Shown here piece by piece: positions 1 to 12,626 of a stretch of 64,000 nt of DNA (position 1 is the first letter of the stretch; every line of letters starts with the position of its first letter). The stretch is from Oopsacas minuta (taxonomy: Eukaryota; Animalia; Porifera), in contig JAKMXF010000111.1 of the NCBI GenBank assembly GCA_024704765.1, positions 62,001 through 126,000 of the forward strand. The letters are read 5' to 3'. A model generated the notes under the pieces. That model worked only from the letters and a program-made list of their open reading frames with translations. It was not told the DNA's origin and searched no databases. The position numbers were made by a program, and so were the translations under genes.

Positions 1-192
1 TATAATAGTTATATCTTTATTAATTAATGTTTGTTTGGGTTGTTTATTTGTTGTTGGTGGCGGGTTAGATGCATATTGCGGTGGTTTGGGTGGTGGAGGT
101 CGTTGGGTACTAGATTTCCTGCCTGGCGGATGGTTGGGAGGTAAAGGAGGTGGTCCTCTTGATGATGGAATTACAGTTTGCTCCTCGGTCAT
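1..192 (-). CDS. Proline-rich ORF running off the window (separate gene start or cytoplasmic exon of the Delta-like gene)
   Basis: Manual minus-strand translation from ATG at 192-190: MTEEQTVIPSSRGPPPLPPNHPPGRKSSTQRPPPPKPPQYASNPPP..., open to base 1. The + ORF 35..253 is its G-rich antisense shadow. Confidence 0.35.
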   Translation of the reverse strand, partial: MTEEQTVIPSSRGPPPLPPNHPPGRKSSTQRPPPPKPPQYASNPPPTTNKQPKQTLINKDITII

Positions 193-759
193 ATTAAACT
201 ATATTATAATATCAGATTCTTATATTATTAATATACTTTCATTTTATGCATAAAGATGTATAAGATGGTGATATAACCATGGATATATAGCTGAATTGGT
301 AGATTTATTAGCGCCAATTTGGAGAGAAATTATTAGGCAAAAAAGTGGGAGAGGAATGTCAATATATATTGGGATAATTGTCCGCTTAAAATTAGGACAT
401 TACATCACAATTTGCACAAAATTAAAAAATTAAGCATAATTATAATTATGGCTGTAAGAAACGGTTGGCACCATATATGTGTAGGAAACCTGACCAATTG
501 AAATATACTTGCTATGTCCTTGTTAATCATACAGTAACAGTCAGGATTACTTAATTTGAACTTATAGATACCAACCTGTGAAATTCCTTCTAAAATCCGT
601 GAGAATTGGCATCCCTGTGACCCTGACTGTATAATAATTACCCCTTACAACCGAATAAATACATATACCCCATAAAGACTACTACAGATATAAACCAGTA
701 GAGTACAATATTTGGGGCCCTTATGAATAAATAATATTATAATATAAGTGTCTACTAAC

Positions 760-3472
760 CTGCATCACAAAGTGTTCCCATAAATCCAGGAGAACAATCA
801 CAAGTATAACTACCAACTGAATTTTGACAAATACCATATTCACAGCTTGAAGTAGGACAATTATCGATAACTATAAATTGATGAACAATGAATATTTGTA
901 CAGTGTGAGCCTGTTATAAGAACACCATTGGGAGTATCAATACGTGTTCTTATAACAGGTATAAGTATACAGGAATATGTGAGAACCGTTTTCCAGGGGA
1001 TGGTGCTTATATCAGGTATCCATTCTATAGTTTTTGACAAAAAAGGTTTCCTATGCTTATCAGATATTCAACCATGGATGGGGAAATTCGTATATTTTAC
1101 GCTATATAGAATTCCTTCTCCGAACAAGAGAGAGTGCTTCAAAATTACCTAAATAACATCCAAGCAGATAAAGGAAATCCAGTATCCATGGTTAAACATG
1201 TAATAAGCATACAGGGGGCATCATTACGTCATAACATTATAATTGTAAGGCACTTACCTTCTGTACAATTCTTGTCTTCATATCCGTTATCACAAACACA
1301 ATCATAATCTGTCATATGATTAGTACATCCTCCATTTACACATGGATCTGGATTACAGAGATCTATACCTAAACACAATAGATTCTGATAAATAAGTACT
1401 TAACTGGGATTCCAAGAAGGTTATCAAGTCTGTAAATCTATGTAGAAATTAACAAACCTGTTTCACAATTTATGCCAGTATACCCATCAGTACATGTACA
1501 CATAGAAGCATTGATACCAGTAGTAGTGCATACGCCATCGTTACAGACCTGGGGGTTGTGATCACAGAACGCAAGATCTATAAATAGGAGCGAATCAATT
1601 CGTAAAGTTGTTCTGAAAATTACTGGAATTTTTCATAAATTTAATACAACAACTCCAGTTATCGAACACGAATATATCAAAGACTCAAACTGTACAAATA
1701 TGGTCTCAAAACGTTAAAGTAACATAATTCAAAGGTTATACCGAAATAATTATTACTGGTCCCTTGAGCTTAGAGCCTTAGACATAACGGGAGTTGTCTG
1801 TAATTCATAAATCCATAGTCCAAATAAAAAAACTTACCATTCTGACAGTTGTTTCCTGAGTAATCAGGGTTACATTTACAGTTGAAAGGACCATCACAGA
1901 ATCCACCAGAAGGATCTAATAACCAATCACAATAATTTTATATAAACAAAGATTATACGTATATTGAATCTGTTACAAACCGCAATTCATTCTGGGTATA
2001 CATTCACTACATGTAGAGCCTGTCCATCCACTTTCACAGCTATAGAGATAAAATAAATAAAAGATGTATATAATAAACAGACGACGTCATATCGTATTTA
2101 TATTACTTACTTGCAAGTAAATGGGGCAGTACAACCTCCATTGAGACAACCAGTTGTACATATAGCTAGAGGATTAGAATTAATAAACATCACAGATTCT
2201 AATATGACGAAAATAGTCACTTTACGCTTATTAGATATTTAACCATGGATGGCGGATTTAGTTTATCTGCTTGGATGTTGTTCTAGGCCATTTTGAGACA
2301 CTCCTCACTTTGATGACGGGTAAATTTGCATTTAAGATAAAATGACCGAAATCCACCATCCATGGTTATATCAATAAACTATCCGTTTTGACAAATATCA
2401 TAACAATTCTAAATATTTCAATAAACTCACGAGTTAAGCATCCACTTCCTGTATATCCATTCAAACATACAAATGATCCATCATCAGGATTACATGTATA
2501 ATGACCATCTACGTTGTTATCATGTTCTACACAAAAAGTAGAGCACAAAGTGCCATAGTAATTATTAGAACATGTCAAAGTCTTGCCAATTGTCATTACA
2601 CTCCCTTGGGCACCAGTAAACGTTCTTGAGGTAGAGAGTGTATTCAATGACGTCACTGTAAAATCGACTACAAATTTGTCGATAAAATCATTGCCAAAAG
2701 CGATATCATAATCCCATACTTCTACGTATATCTGCATTCTTCCCTATAGAGACAATGTATTTATGGGAAAAAAACTGGATATAAAATGGAGATTAAATAC
2801 TTACAGTAAATTCTGTATTAACACTCTGAGTAAGAGGATTCGAAATAGCATTCCCACTGAACATAGCTCCAAAATTCACAGTATTTCTTTCATCATAAAA
2901 CCCAGTAGTAATAAAACCGCTACTACAAGTATTACTAGAGATAGGAGTTAGATACCCACGCCAGCAGAATACGAAATAAGGGTCACATGAACATCCGTTA
3001 GGGTCACAGCATGATCCGTCAGCTACAGTACCGCTAGGTCTTGAGAATGTCTTGAATTCGATTTTTATAGTACCTGATGATTCGATCGGGGAGATCTTGA
3101 AGAAAGCAATTTGTAGAGTGTAGGTTTCCACAGGTACCACATGTAGAGGTTCCAATAATGACAATATTCATATGACAGGAAACTTCATGTGGTCACAATT
3201 TATTTTAGAATGTTAAATACTGCCCTTGACGCAAGTCATAAGTTTTGATATAATTCAAATTTCAAATATATCGAACATCGGTTCCCAACCTGGGGCCCCA
3301 TGGAAAACAGCTGGGGGTCCACCAAAGTTCGGGTGAAAAGTCTGGGAACCGATGAGCTTGTATTTAGCATTCCAAACTTTAAAATGGTATATCAATACAA
3401 GTAACTACATTCAAATTATCCAATCTGACTCACCAAAATTGCGATAAAGCACAGAAAAATAAACAATCTCAT
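760..3472 (-). CDS. Delta-like Notch ligand (signal peptide, MNNL/C2, DSL, DOS, 3 EGF); 3' end unresolved
   Basis: Spliced by hand. Exon 3472-3434 (MRLFIFLCFIAIL, GTGAGT donor); 3095-2805 (SGTIKIEF...CC...CDPYFVFCWRGY, MNNL); 2743-2431 (C2 second half plus DSL CSNNYYGTLCSTFC...GHYTC...CLNGYTGSGC); short DOS exons near 2165-2115, 2040-1982 and 1915-1840 (CLNGGC..PFTC, CESGWTGSTCSECIP); EGF exons near 1578-1460, 1368-1260 and 870-760. Phases of the first exons are consistent. Confidence 0.88.
910..959. repeat. 16-bp perfect inverted repeat at a TA-CAGT MITE-like end
   Basis: CCTGTTATAAGAACAC (910-925) and GTGTTCTTATAACAGG (944-959). Confidence 0.7.
2243..2365. mobile_element. piggyBac-like MITE, family C
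   Basis: TTAA CCATGGATGGCGGATTT ... AAATCCACCATCCATGG TTAT, in a Delta-like intron. Confidence 0.7.
3276..3354. mobile_element. Minimal family A MITE (79-bp hairpin)
   Basis: CATCGGTTCCCA ... TGGGAACCGATG 12-bp perfect TIR in Delta-like intron 1. Confidence 0.75.
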
Positions 3473-4318
3473 GATTGAAACAGAAAATATAATAAACACA
3501 ATTTACAAAAGAGAATATATATACAAGAATTGGTCTCTACGTGTGTGTATGATTAACAATCACTAATGCAATCAATTATATCTCCCATTACACGTTAATG
3601 AAATCGATACATTTCTGAGCACATTATGGTTGTTAGGTCAGATTATATCAGTGTTTTCTAAACCAAAAGGGCGTACAATTGAAATTATAACAATAGTGTA
3701 TTTGTAGCAATCGTAGATACGTACGCCATAGGAATTTGCTCTAAATTATACCAAATTGTGTCTCGTAAATAAAATTGTTCTAAAAGAAATTACCCACTTA
3801 TATCCGTTTGAATATGTGTATCAGTAATTTATAGATAATGCTAAGATCATTTGAATAATCTTACGTATTCAAAATATGCAAAACAGTAAAACATGGTGTT
3901 ACGTAGTAGCCATTCAAAGCTAGACAAAAATGCCTCATTTTCCTACTTAAGTAACAGAGTGTTCGCCTGTTAGCAAGTTTTTTAGGGACTCATGGCTATA
4001 TTGTGTTGGAAATGATGGTAAGTTCGCGTACGAGCAAGGGAAACTCGTGCACAATATGACTTGCTAATTATGCGATCTCACTGTATTTAGAAGATCTCTA
4101 CAGAGGTGGTTGATTTCTATTGTACGAGTGAGTTTTGAAGATGCTATTGAATATGTGTTTCACAGAACTAGGGATAAATTTGTAGTCATAGTATCAAGTC
4201 TATTCTACACAGCTTACCATAACTTGAGATTTATTTGTACATCAAATATTTAATTGTCAAAATATACAATATATACTTAAAGATACACACATATATCCAT
4301 GGTTACTCAAATACAAAA

Positions 4319-4633
4319 CTATTTGAATGGGATCTCATCATAAGAAACAGCATGATCGCCATCTTTATCCAAGGTATGTATCAAACGATCTGTAACGATT
4401 TTCAACGTCCATTTATATCCGCCGCTCTCCTGTAGCAAAACTCTCACTTCCGCGTCCTCCAATTTGCCATTCTTATTCCTGTCAAAAGCCGTGAACATTT
4501 TTTTAGGATCGTTATCGTATTGTTTCTTGCCTAACTCCATTATCTCTTCTTTGATTTGTTTCTCGTTAGGTAGTCCATATGTGAGTGTTAAGATTAATAG
4601 CAGAAAGTATGTGGTTATAAGTGTAGTGTTCAT
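4319..4633 (-). CDS. Small secreted protein with two EF-hands, intronless
   Basis: Hydrophobic N-terminus (LITTYFLLLILTLTYG) and canonical 12-residue loops DRNKNGKLEDAE and DKDGDHAVSYDE. ATG to TAG in a single exon. Confidence 0.85.
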   Translation of the reverse strand: MNTTLITTYFLLLILTLTYGLPNEKQIKEEIMELGKKQYDNDPKKMFTAFDRNKNGKLEDAEVRVLLQESGGYKWTLKIVTDRLIHTLDKDGDHAVSYDEIPFK

Positions 4634-7600
4634 TTTATGGGATCTCTAATAGACAACACAATTATTATGCAAATATACAGTGGAACCTCGTAAATACAAA
4701 CAAGCAACAGACGGTCAAATTTCGTTTGCTTTATCAGGAGTAATATTAATTGAATAATCATTCATAGGGAACTATCTTTATGTATATATTTGTTCGTATT
4801 AACGAAGTTCCAGGGTATTTCGTTAGATATCAATCATATCATTAAGAAACAATTGCTTGTGGCTCAACCACTTTGCAAGACCATATCTCGAAATTTATAA
4901 GTCCGTTTCATATGCTCAAGATTGCAAATATGTAGGTTAGAGTGCCCTCTTCGCGAAAATTCATTTCTCGGAACAATTCGCGCGGCCAAAAGTACACTGT
5001 AATGGGCCTTAATATAAGTATCACAGATTTAATTGGGATAATAAATCATAAAACATTTTAGAACTTCCCCATATCGCATCGATACATGCATTACGAATTA
5101 AATACAAGATCTCTCCGGGTTCTCCAAAGTTACTGTGCCTATTGAACCCAAATCATTGACCGAGTTCCACAAATGAAAATAGTGCCACTCGCCGAGACGA
5201 GCGTGCTTCGCCTATCACATACTCTCTAATATTAAATACTCCGACTTAGAGAGCTTCATAACATATCTTTATCTCATATCTTATTTGCATATTTACAGTA
5301 TAATTAGCTACAATACTTAATATAGTTATATCAAATTTCCAAGCCATTTAATACTTAAGATAAATTCAAGACACGTATTTTATCTACAATGCAGCTTGTA
5401 TAATCTGTTATACAGATGTTCTAAGAACAAGTTTTATCAGTGAATTTCATTCTCTTATCAGGTGTATACGGATTCGATGAGATTTCCATTTTTCTTAGAG
5501 ATAATTATCTGATACCCAAATTCATGATTTCGATATTATGGGTACAACCGAACTTGGCGCTTATGCTCTCGTGATCCCTTCTCACGAGGTTTCGCAAGAT
5601 ATTCAGGGAAGAATGTGAGAATTAATGTGTCTTTTTACTCAAATAATTGCATGGAAATTGCTATTTATGAATGTAAATCGTGGAAATTATTATAAGGCGT
5701 TGTCAAGTACAGTGAATAAATGTTTTGATTCTCGCTATTTTACAGTAACCTATAGATATTCTATATTCAATAAGTCAACTGCTTTAATACACAAATACAC
5801 AAAACAGTTACTGGCATGTACGTATATGGTCATAGAAATATATCCTAATTTAGTTTTGCTATGCAAATAATAGACATTAATTATTCGTACATCGCAAGTA
5901 TTTTCATTGACAAATATTGTTAATGTCAGGTTTCCAGAAATAGTTGAACTGAAACATGCCACCAAGCAAAAGCCAGCAAATCTTATTACCAAATAAATCT
6001 GATTTCAGAGTAATTTCTAAATATTAAATTTACAAACAAACATCTGCAGATCACATCGCGGTTAATAAATATTAAAATCCGTCCGCATCAATAATTGATA
6101 TAATTGTGTGTGGATTTTATGGAAATTCACCAAACAATTCTGTATAGTAATTAGCAGGTGAATATATCTATGTAAAGCATTGGCAGTGGTTTTCAGTGAA
6201 TTTAACCTTCTAATTAATTAATTAGTTGAGAAAGGATGTGAGATTAGGAATAGCTAAGAGAAACGAATCAATTATGCTTTAATTATACAATACGTGTAGT
6301 GGAAATTCAACGGAAAGCTGTTGGTCGTGGAGCTGTAAAGGCAGAGTGCCAACTCTGACGCAATTTTAAGATTATTGGCTGTACAGTTTGATGCTGAAAT
6401 ACCAAATCTCAAATCTCACGGGTTGGCCAGACGCGAGGTTGTTACCTATGTAAAGGGGTGGTGAACTTTGAACTTTTTCATGTTAGCTCTATGAAGTTGT
6501 AGCCAAGCCAGTGCATCTCCAGCCCTCCGGATTCGGCGCCTTTGGAACTGTTAAACGCGGTAGGAACTTTGGAGAATCGGCGAGACTTTTAAAAGTCTAG
6601 AAAAATGCTCCTTGTATATAGACAAGAAGTAATATAAAGTGTAAGCAAGACTGCAAAAATCCTCTTTCATCTTATATCGTAATTACTGGCAGCTTATTAT
6701 AATGTAGAATTGTAGATAATTTTGCATAAGCATATTCTGTACTTTTGCGTTTTGATCACATCAAACAAATAAACTACTCAACACGTCTCTATTATATTAC
6801 GTAATTAGGTATTCGACCAGCCCATAATATGGTATAATTGTTTCAAAATTTCTGTGCGCATCTGCAACAATAGATTATATCAAAGTTCATAAAATATTCA
6901 ATTGGGAGCAGCGTATACTAATCATAAGGTAGAATGTTTAGTCTGCGTAAAATAACAGCTGATTGTGGCTAGCAAATATGAGAAGGCAGTTTTTATTGAA
7001 AACTGCAAAAATAGAAAAAGTAGATTCAGACCAAAAGGAGCAAAAAATGTGAATATTATTTGAATAATTCAAAGAGTCTACTATGCAAATTCTAGAGGTT
7101 CAGCGTAACAAGATGTTGTCAAAAATTCTATAGACATTTACGGTTACCGAGTAGATCGCGTGACATATTAATCAAATCTAGCCAGGGTATCAACTAAATA
7201 TATGTAGTAGCCGAAATGTGTATGGTGTAACCTCGTTAATGCTAACACGGTTAATACGCATTTCAGGATAAGACGAACAAATTGTGACCGTATTCGTTGG
7301 TGTTCATATTAAAGAGGTCTCACTTTGGTAAGTGTGTCCAAATATCCGAGAATGGAGAAGGAACGTTGCTTGTCACTCGAAGCGTAAATTCATTTTAACA
7401 AGAAAATAACTAGAAATACAATACCTAATTAATGAATTCAATCAATTACATATTAACCTTACGGTTCAATTAGCACAAGCAATTACTCTAAAACCACTGC
7501 CGAACTATAATTCCGACTAATTTCAATGAATTAAACTATAGCACTTTCCATTCAATCTATAGGTGAATGTTCATAGCTGAATTATACCATATATCATATA

Positions 7601-7679
7601 CGAATGGAACTTGTATAAATAGAGTGGATTTATGAATTAAATAAACTCAATACAAAATCACCAAAATACTACTAAAAAT

Positions 7680-8342
7680 ATGGGAAATTACATGGAAAAG
7701 GCCTTGCCCGTCCGAGCATGCTATGCTCTTAAAGAACCCGTGAATAACCGCATTTTAATACTCGGTTTAGACGCAGCAGGTAAAACCTCATTATTACAAC
7801 GTGCTTTAGCGAAGGAAAATGTTGAGCCGAATTTTGACGTAAACCCAACAGTAGGATTCAATGTAGAGATGTGTCAATTGGACCCTACAAAACGTGCGAA
7901 TTATGCCCTATGGGATGTTGGTGGACAAGACAAAATACGAAGTCTATGGCGGCATTATTATTCAGGAGCGACAGGCCTCATATTCGTGATAGATTCAACG
8001 GATGTCGATCGAATAGATGAAGCAGCAGAAGCTCTGAAGGTTATCCTTGCTGATCAGGAGATGAAATCAATCCCAGTGTTAATATTCGCGAACAAACAAG
8101 ACGACGACACTGCGTTAACAGTCGAGAATATAACGGAAAAGATCGGATTCAATAGTGCGACACAAGAACGTAGAAAATGGGTCATTCAGGGATGTTCAGC
8201 CATTTCCGGAGAAGGTGTAAGTGAGGGTCTACGGAGTCTACACAAATTACTCCAAGCAAAAACACAAATGGAAAAGAAACAAAATAACAATTTTGGAAAA
8301 AGTAATCTACGAAGAAGTTTCCGTATTAAACCACGAAAATAA
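7680..8342 (+). CDS. ARF/ARL family small GTPase, intronless, with basic C-terminal tail
   Basis: G2 myristoylation site (MGN), G1 GLDAAGKT, switch I PTVGFN, G3 WDVGGQ, G4 NKQD, G5 CSA; tail NLRRSFRIKPRK. Confidence 0.93.
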   Translation: MGNYMEKALPVRACYALKEPVNNRILILGLDAAGKTSLLQRALAKENVEPNFDVNPTVGFNVEMCQLDPTKRANYALWDVGGQDKIRSLWRHYYSGATGLIFVIDSTDVDRIDEAAEALKVILADQEMKSIPVLIFANKQDDDTALTVENITEKIGFNSATQERRKWVIQGCSAISGEGVSEGLRSLHKLLQAKTQMEKKQNNNFGKSNLRRSFRIKPRK

Positions 8343-11300
8343 TTCATAATTTCATCCTTATATTATCTAAAGAATTGTGTACTATTATTCTAAAATGTTG
8401 GATACTTTGCCTTAATAAATACCTTATTAAAGTGTAACGATTATGACGTCATAAATTGGATATGAGTTATCGGGAAATATTCAACAATTCGTAAAGGATA
8501 TTATTCAATGATGTCAACAGTAATTTGAAATATGATAATAAAACTCAAATACACAGCCAACTAACGTCTTTTCGAAGCTCAAGTGACCGTGATAATTACT
8601 TCGACATAAGCCGTATTTGATAGAACCGATGATATATATGGTACTTTGAAGGTTTAGGGTCATACGTATTTGTACAATTTCAGACTTAGATATAAGCGGG
8701 TATTTAGATATAACAGGAGTTGACTGTATCATCTTTTGTTCAGAAGTATTCCAAGAAATCTACTGCAATAAAATCCATAATTTAGAAGCGTTTTCGTGCA
8801 GGCATATTTATGTCAGCCACGTTCCGCCGAACACGGGGAAAATCTGGATTTTCCACAAACAATAAGATACCATGCCCATATTCTAAAATCGCAAAACATT
8901 ATGTTCATAACTACAATACTGTAAGTGTTAAAGAAACCAAGTAAAACTTGCCTAATACATACAATTAGGCTTCAAAAATACAGGACAGTTTATCGTAGGT
9001 ATTCTAAATCCTTTCATGAATCTCGATATTATATCACTGCATTATTACTCTATAGATATTACTCAATATGATTACTAGTATGACAATATATCCACGAGAC
9101 ATTACTAGAAATTATGATATTATAGTAGCTTACAAAAGATGGAGATAGCAGGATGTGTAATTAAAGGTATTCAAATTAGCATTATAATAGATTATGTAAT
9201 ATTAATCACAGGTATAGAGACGGAAACTTTGGCTAGAAATTCTCCGTTCATTTTAACAATTATGCAATACTTATCGGTCAAAATTCAATATCACCTTGAT
9301 TGCTAGGAAAATTTGCACAAGGGATCGAGAAGTATGATCAAAGGTCAAATTCTTAAAACCTCCAAAAATTTCAAATCAAAGAAATCACCTACCAAAGCCT
9401 TAAGTCACAATCTCTTAAATACTTTGAATCTAACTGTACCAGTTAAAAGTTCCAAATAACACAAAACATGAATCAAATTCTATAAGAGTCCTTTAGATAT
9501 TTAATTGCTTGAGAACAACATGTATATGGTAGACATCATCCAAGCAGGTGGCAACCAATTCAATCTACCCACAAATCATGTTTCTATTTTCTATAATACT
9601 TCTAATTAGCGTAATAGGATAGCTACTAATAAAACATTTGAGATAATTACTGCATAGTTAATGGTGAAAGGAAACGCCTTAAACTTCCCTCAAGCCTTAT
9701 GCTAGAGTATAATAGTATCTTAAATATTCATAGAATGTATTATTTGGTGAGTAATCTGTCTCGAGGTATTTTAGAATTATGCAAAGGATTTATTTAGCTT
9801 CCAAAAATCATCACAATATTCGGGGAATATGGACTCATTTTTGGAAAGATATTAGAATGGTCTGAGGCTATTCCTATCCAGCTAGAGCCTCGGGATGTAG
9901 CATACAGTGTAAGTTCCACTAACGGGGTGCCAAGAACAAAGAAAATTACTACCCAGTTTCTTAGAATTCTCCATTTGTGGAGGCGGATTTATATGGGAAT
10001 AGGAATTCGCTCTCTTCTATTATATTTCGTTTCCAGAAGTTTCCCATTTCCAGAGGCCTCGTCTTGTGGAGGTTACACCGTATAAGTATGTGCCTGATAG
10101 ACCAAAAAAACTGGACTATTTTGCTTTTGACACATACGATTGAAACCTAACTATTCCTTCGCTCATGACCTGGACATTCCGTCGAGCACGGAGCACTTTG
10201 CAGAGATAAGAATCAGCATAATCTAAACTGATAAAGATCGAATACACATTAATTTGCTTACAGCTGACTATAGATGCTCTTATAATATAAGTACTGTAAT
10301 ACTGTTAATTATGTAGCTACAAGCACTTTCAGAAAAGGCTCCAAAACATCTTTCAATTCGGGTTTAGTAAACAAAATCCCACCTCCGTGAACATGCCAAA
10401 AATGGATGTAAACTATTCCACAGAAAATAAAAAATAAATAAATAATCACCTGCAACGATAACCCAGTTTGGTCCTAGGCAGAAATCAAGAGGGAGGAGGT
10501 TTGATTTAAGCAAACCACATTCAAATATATGGTTCTGTACTTGAAAGTTTATCTAACCAAGTTCATACCAAAAACTATTACTTAAGCATGTTTTAAGATA
10601 AATTATACATATTATTCATTAGAAATATTGAAAAAGTATTCCAGAACTACACGAGGCGATTTCGGGGGTCAAATCATTGGATGGATTATTAACCTTTTTC
10701 TATAAAATAAATGTCAAATTGTATTTTACTACCTAAAATATGAAAGTCTACATATTTCGGATCAATTATAAAAGTAGAATTCAAACTCCAATTCAGGACT
10801 TGTTTATAAAGTAGTACTGAATAATCTATATTATTAAACTGCGATTGTTGTCTGGATGTTAGTCCTGTGGTTACAGTGTTCGCAAGCCGCGTAGCGCGAG
10901 CGAAGCGGCTCGTTTATTGGTAAATTACACTGAACCTTTGATAGCCAATAGTTCTCACCTCATGGGTTTCGCGCATGTGGATATGGAACTATGAAAGTGC
11001 TACAGATTACTTTCGTAGGCTAATTAATGTATCCAATAGATCCATGTAAAGGAAGTAAGCTATTTAAATCATTTGTAAATCATTGACAGAGTTGTATAGT
11101 GGTTGTGAATAATGCTTTAACTATGTGAGCATTAGAATATTATAATTAGAAATTGTGCTCTCGAATTCTATTGGGGTTTTAACGTATTTAATCTAGTTTG
11201 GAAGGCTGAAACAATGGACAAAAGCAATAAAAAGTGTGAGAGAAGATTTTGTGAATGCTATATACTGAAAGCTAGCCATGGATGAATAAATTCAGTGTAT

Positions 11301-11779
11301 TGCAAAAACACTGTCTAATATCCAACCATGGATATCCTAGTAAATTACATCTTTTCAACAACATTGAGAAACTAAGGATAAATTGGGTGAAAAGAATTCC
11401 AAGTTCTATCGCAGCAGTTCCGAACATATTTCACCTGCGGACACCTTCCTGTCGTCCGTGGGCCACAAGAGGTTCATGGACCCCAGGTTGTAAGAAGCAA
11501 ACAAAAGTCAAACACCTCGTAACGACAATATATAAAGTACATAAATGGAATTAAAATGTAGACTGTTTATTATCGTTATTTTCTTAAAATTCCATAGAAA
11601 ATCGTACATTAAGAGATAGCAATCAAATCCACATATACTCCAGGGAGAATCAACGGAAATCAAATACTAAAAATATACGCGTGCAACAATGGTATTGCAT
11701 TGAATTATTTACAAAATATTCGATAAGTGTATATTGCATTCAGAGATTGCGTTTTCCAAATTTAAAATGGTACACCAAT

Positions 11780-12130
11780 TTAATATGTACCCATTTTTCC
11801 AAAAAGAAATAATTCTTTATTATCTAGAAATGACGTGTAGGGATCAAATAGTTTCTCTTTGGTTTTCTTCCTTCTGAATCCAATATTATAGCATGTGACC
11901 GGTGAAATGCTTGTTTTCAAACTTGAGGAACCAAGGCTAGATGTTAATGTCGCGTCTTTTTCCAAATCAAATCCTGTCGCGTAATGGCATGATAAATCAA
12001 TGCTCCTAGTAAAATCTAGTGGGTTAGGTCGATTGGGTGTATTCGTTAAATTAAGAGAGTTAGAGTTTGACTTTATGGAATTATCCTTATATATCGCTGC
12101 ATCTGATAGACTTGAAATCCAATTTTCCAT
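11780..12130 (-). other. Orphan 116-codon ORF, no recognisable family
   Basis: ATG start, Ser/Asn-rich, basic RRKKTKEK patch; long for AT-rich intergenic DNA. Confidence 0.25.
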
Positions 12131-12468
12131 TTGAGAGAAAGTTTCAAATGATATTAAATACGGTTTTCCATGCGTTATCTGTGGCGTGAAACTTAGTGTA
12201 AGTTTGGACCAAGTAGGAAGTATCTTGTAATGCTGTACCCAAATAATTCCTCGCGGTTGTTTAAGAGAACGTTTATTCTTGTACCAAACTATAAACGGTT
12301 CTATTTTGTTAGCGAATAGAATTAGATAGACTGTTGAACCTAAAGAATAGAAATATTAAGAATTGGGGCGATAAAATAAGGAATTTCGAATGATTTGTTG
12401 GAGAAATTGCAAGGTTTATGACCTAAAATTGACGAAAATGGTTCTCTATATGCTTATTAGGTATTTAA

Positions 12469-12626
12469 CCATGGATGTGGATTTGATACAAATCCCCCTC
12501 CAATCAAGTGAGGAGTGCCTCAAAATGTCCTACAAAATTGGTATAGGGAGTTCACGGGTGAAAAAGGTTGGGAACCGCTGACTTAGAACAACATCTAAGC
12601 AGATATACTAAATCCGTCATCCATGG
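12469..12626. mobile_element. piggyBac-like MITE (TTAA target), family C
   Basis: TTAA-CCATGGATG...CATCCATGG-TTAA; contains a fragment of family A. Related copies at 2243-2365 and 20670-20767. Confidence 0.75.

Noticed and set aside
35-253. Gly-rich + strand ORF
   Set aside because: Antisense shadow of the Pro-rich minus-strand frame.
576-626. Possible 51-nt Delta-like exon (VRVTGMPILTDFRRNFT)
   Set aside because: It overlaps a hAT-type terminus (CAGGGATGCCAA) and has no Delta-like content.
6490-6600. Frame reading VHLQPSGFGAFGTVKRG, resembling a kinase glycine loop
   Set aside because: It ends in a stop about 15 codons later with no VAIK or downstream kinase exons found; probably chance or a tiny remnant.
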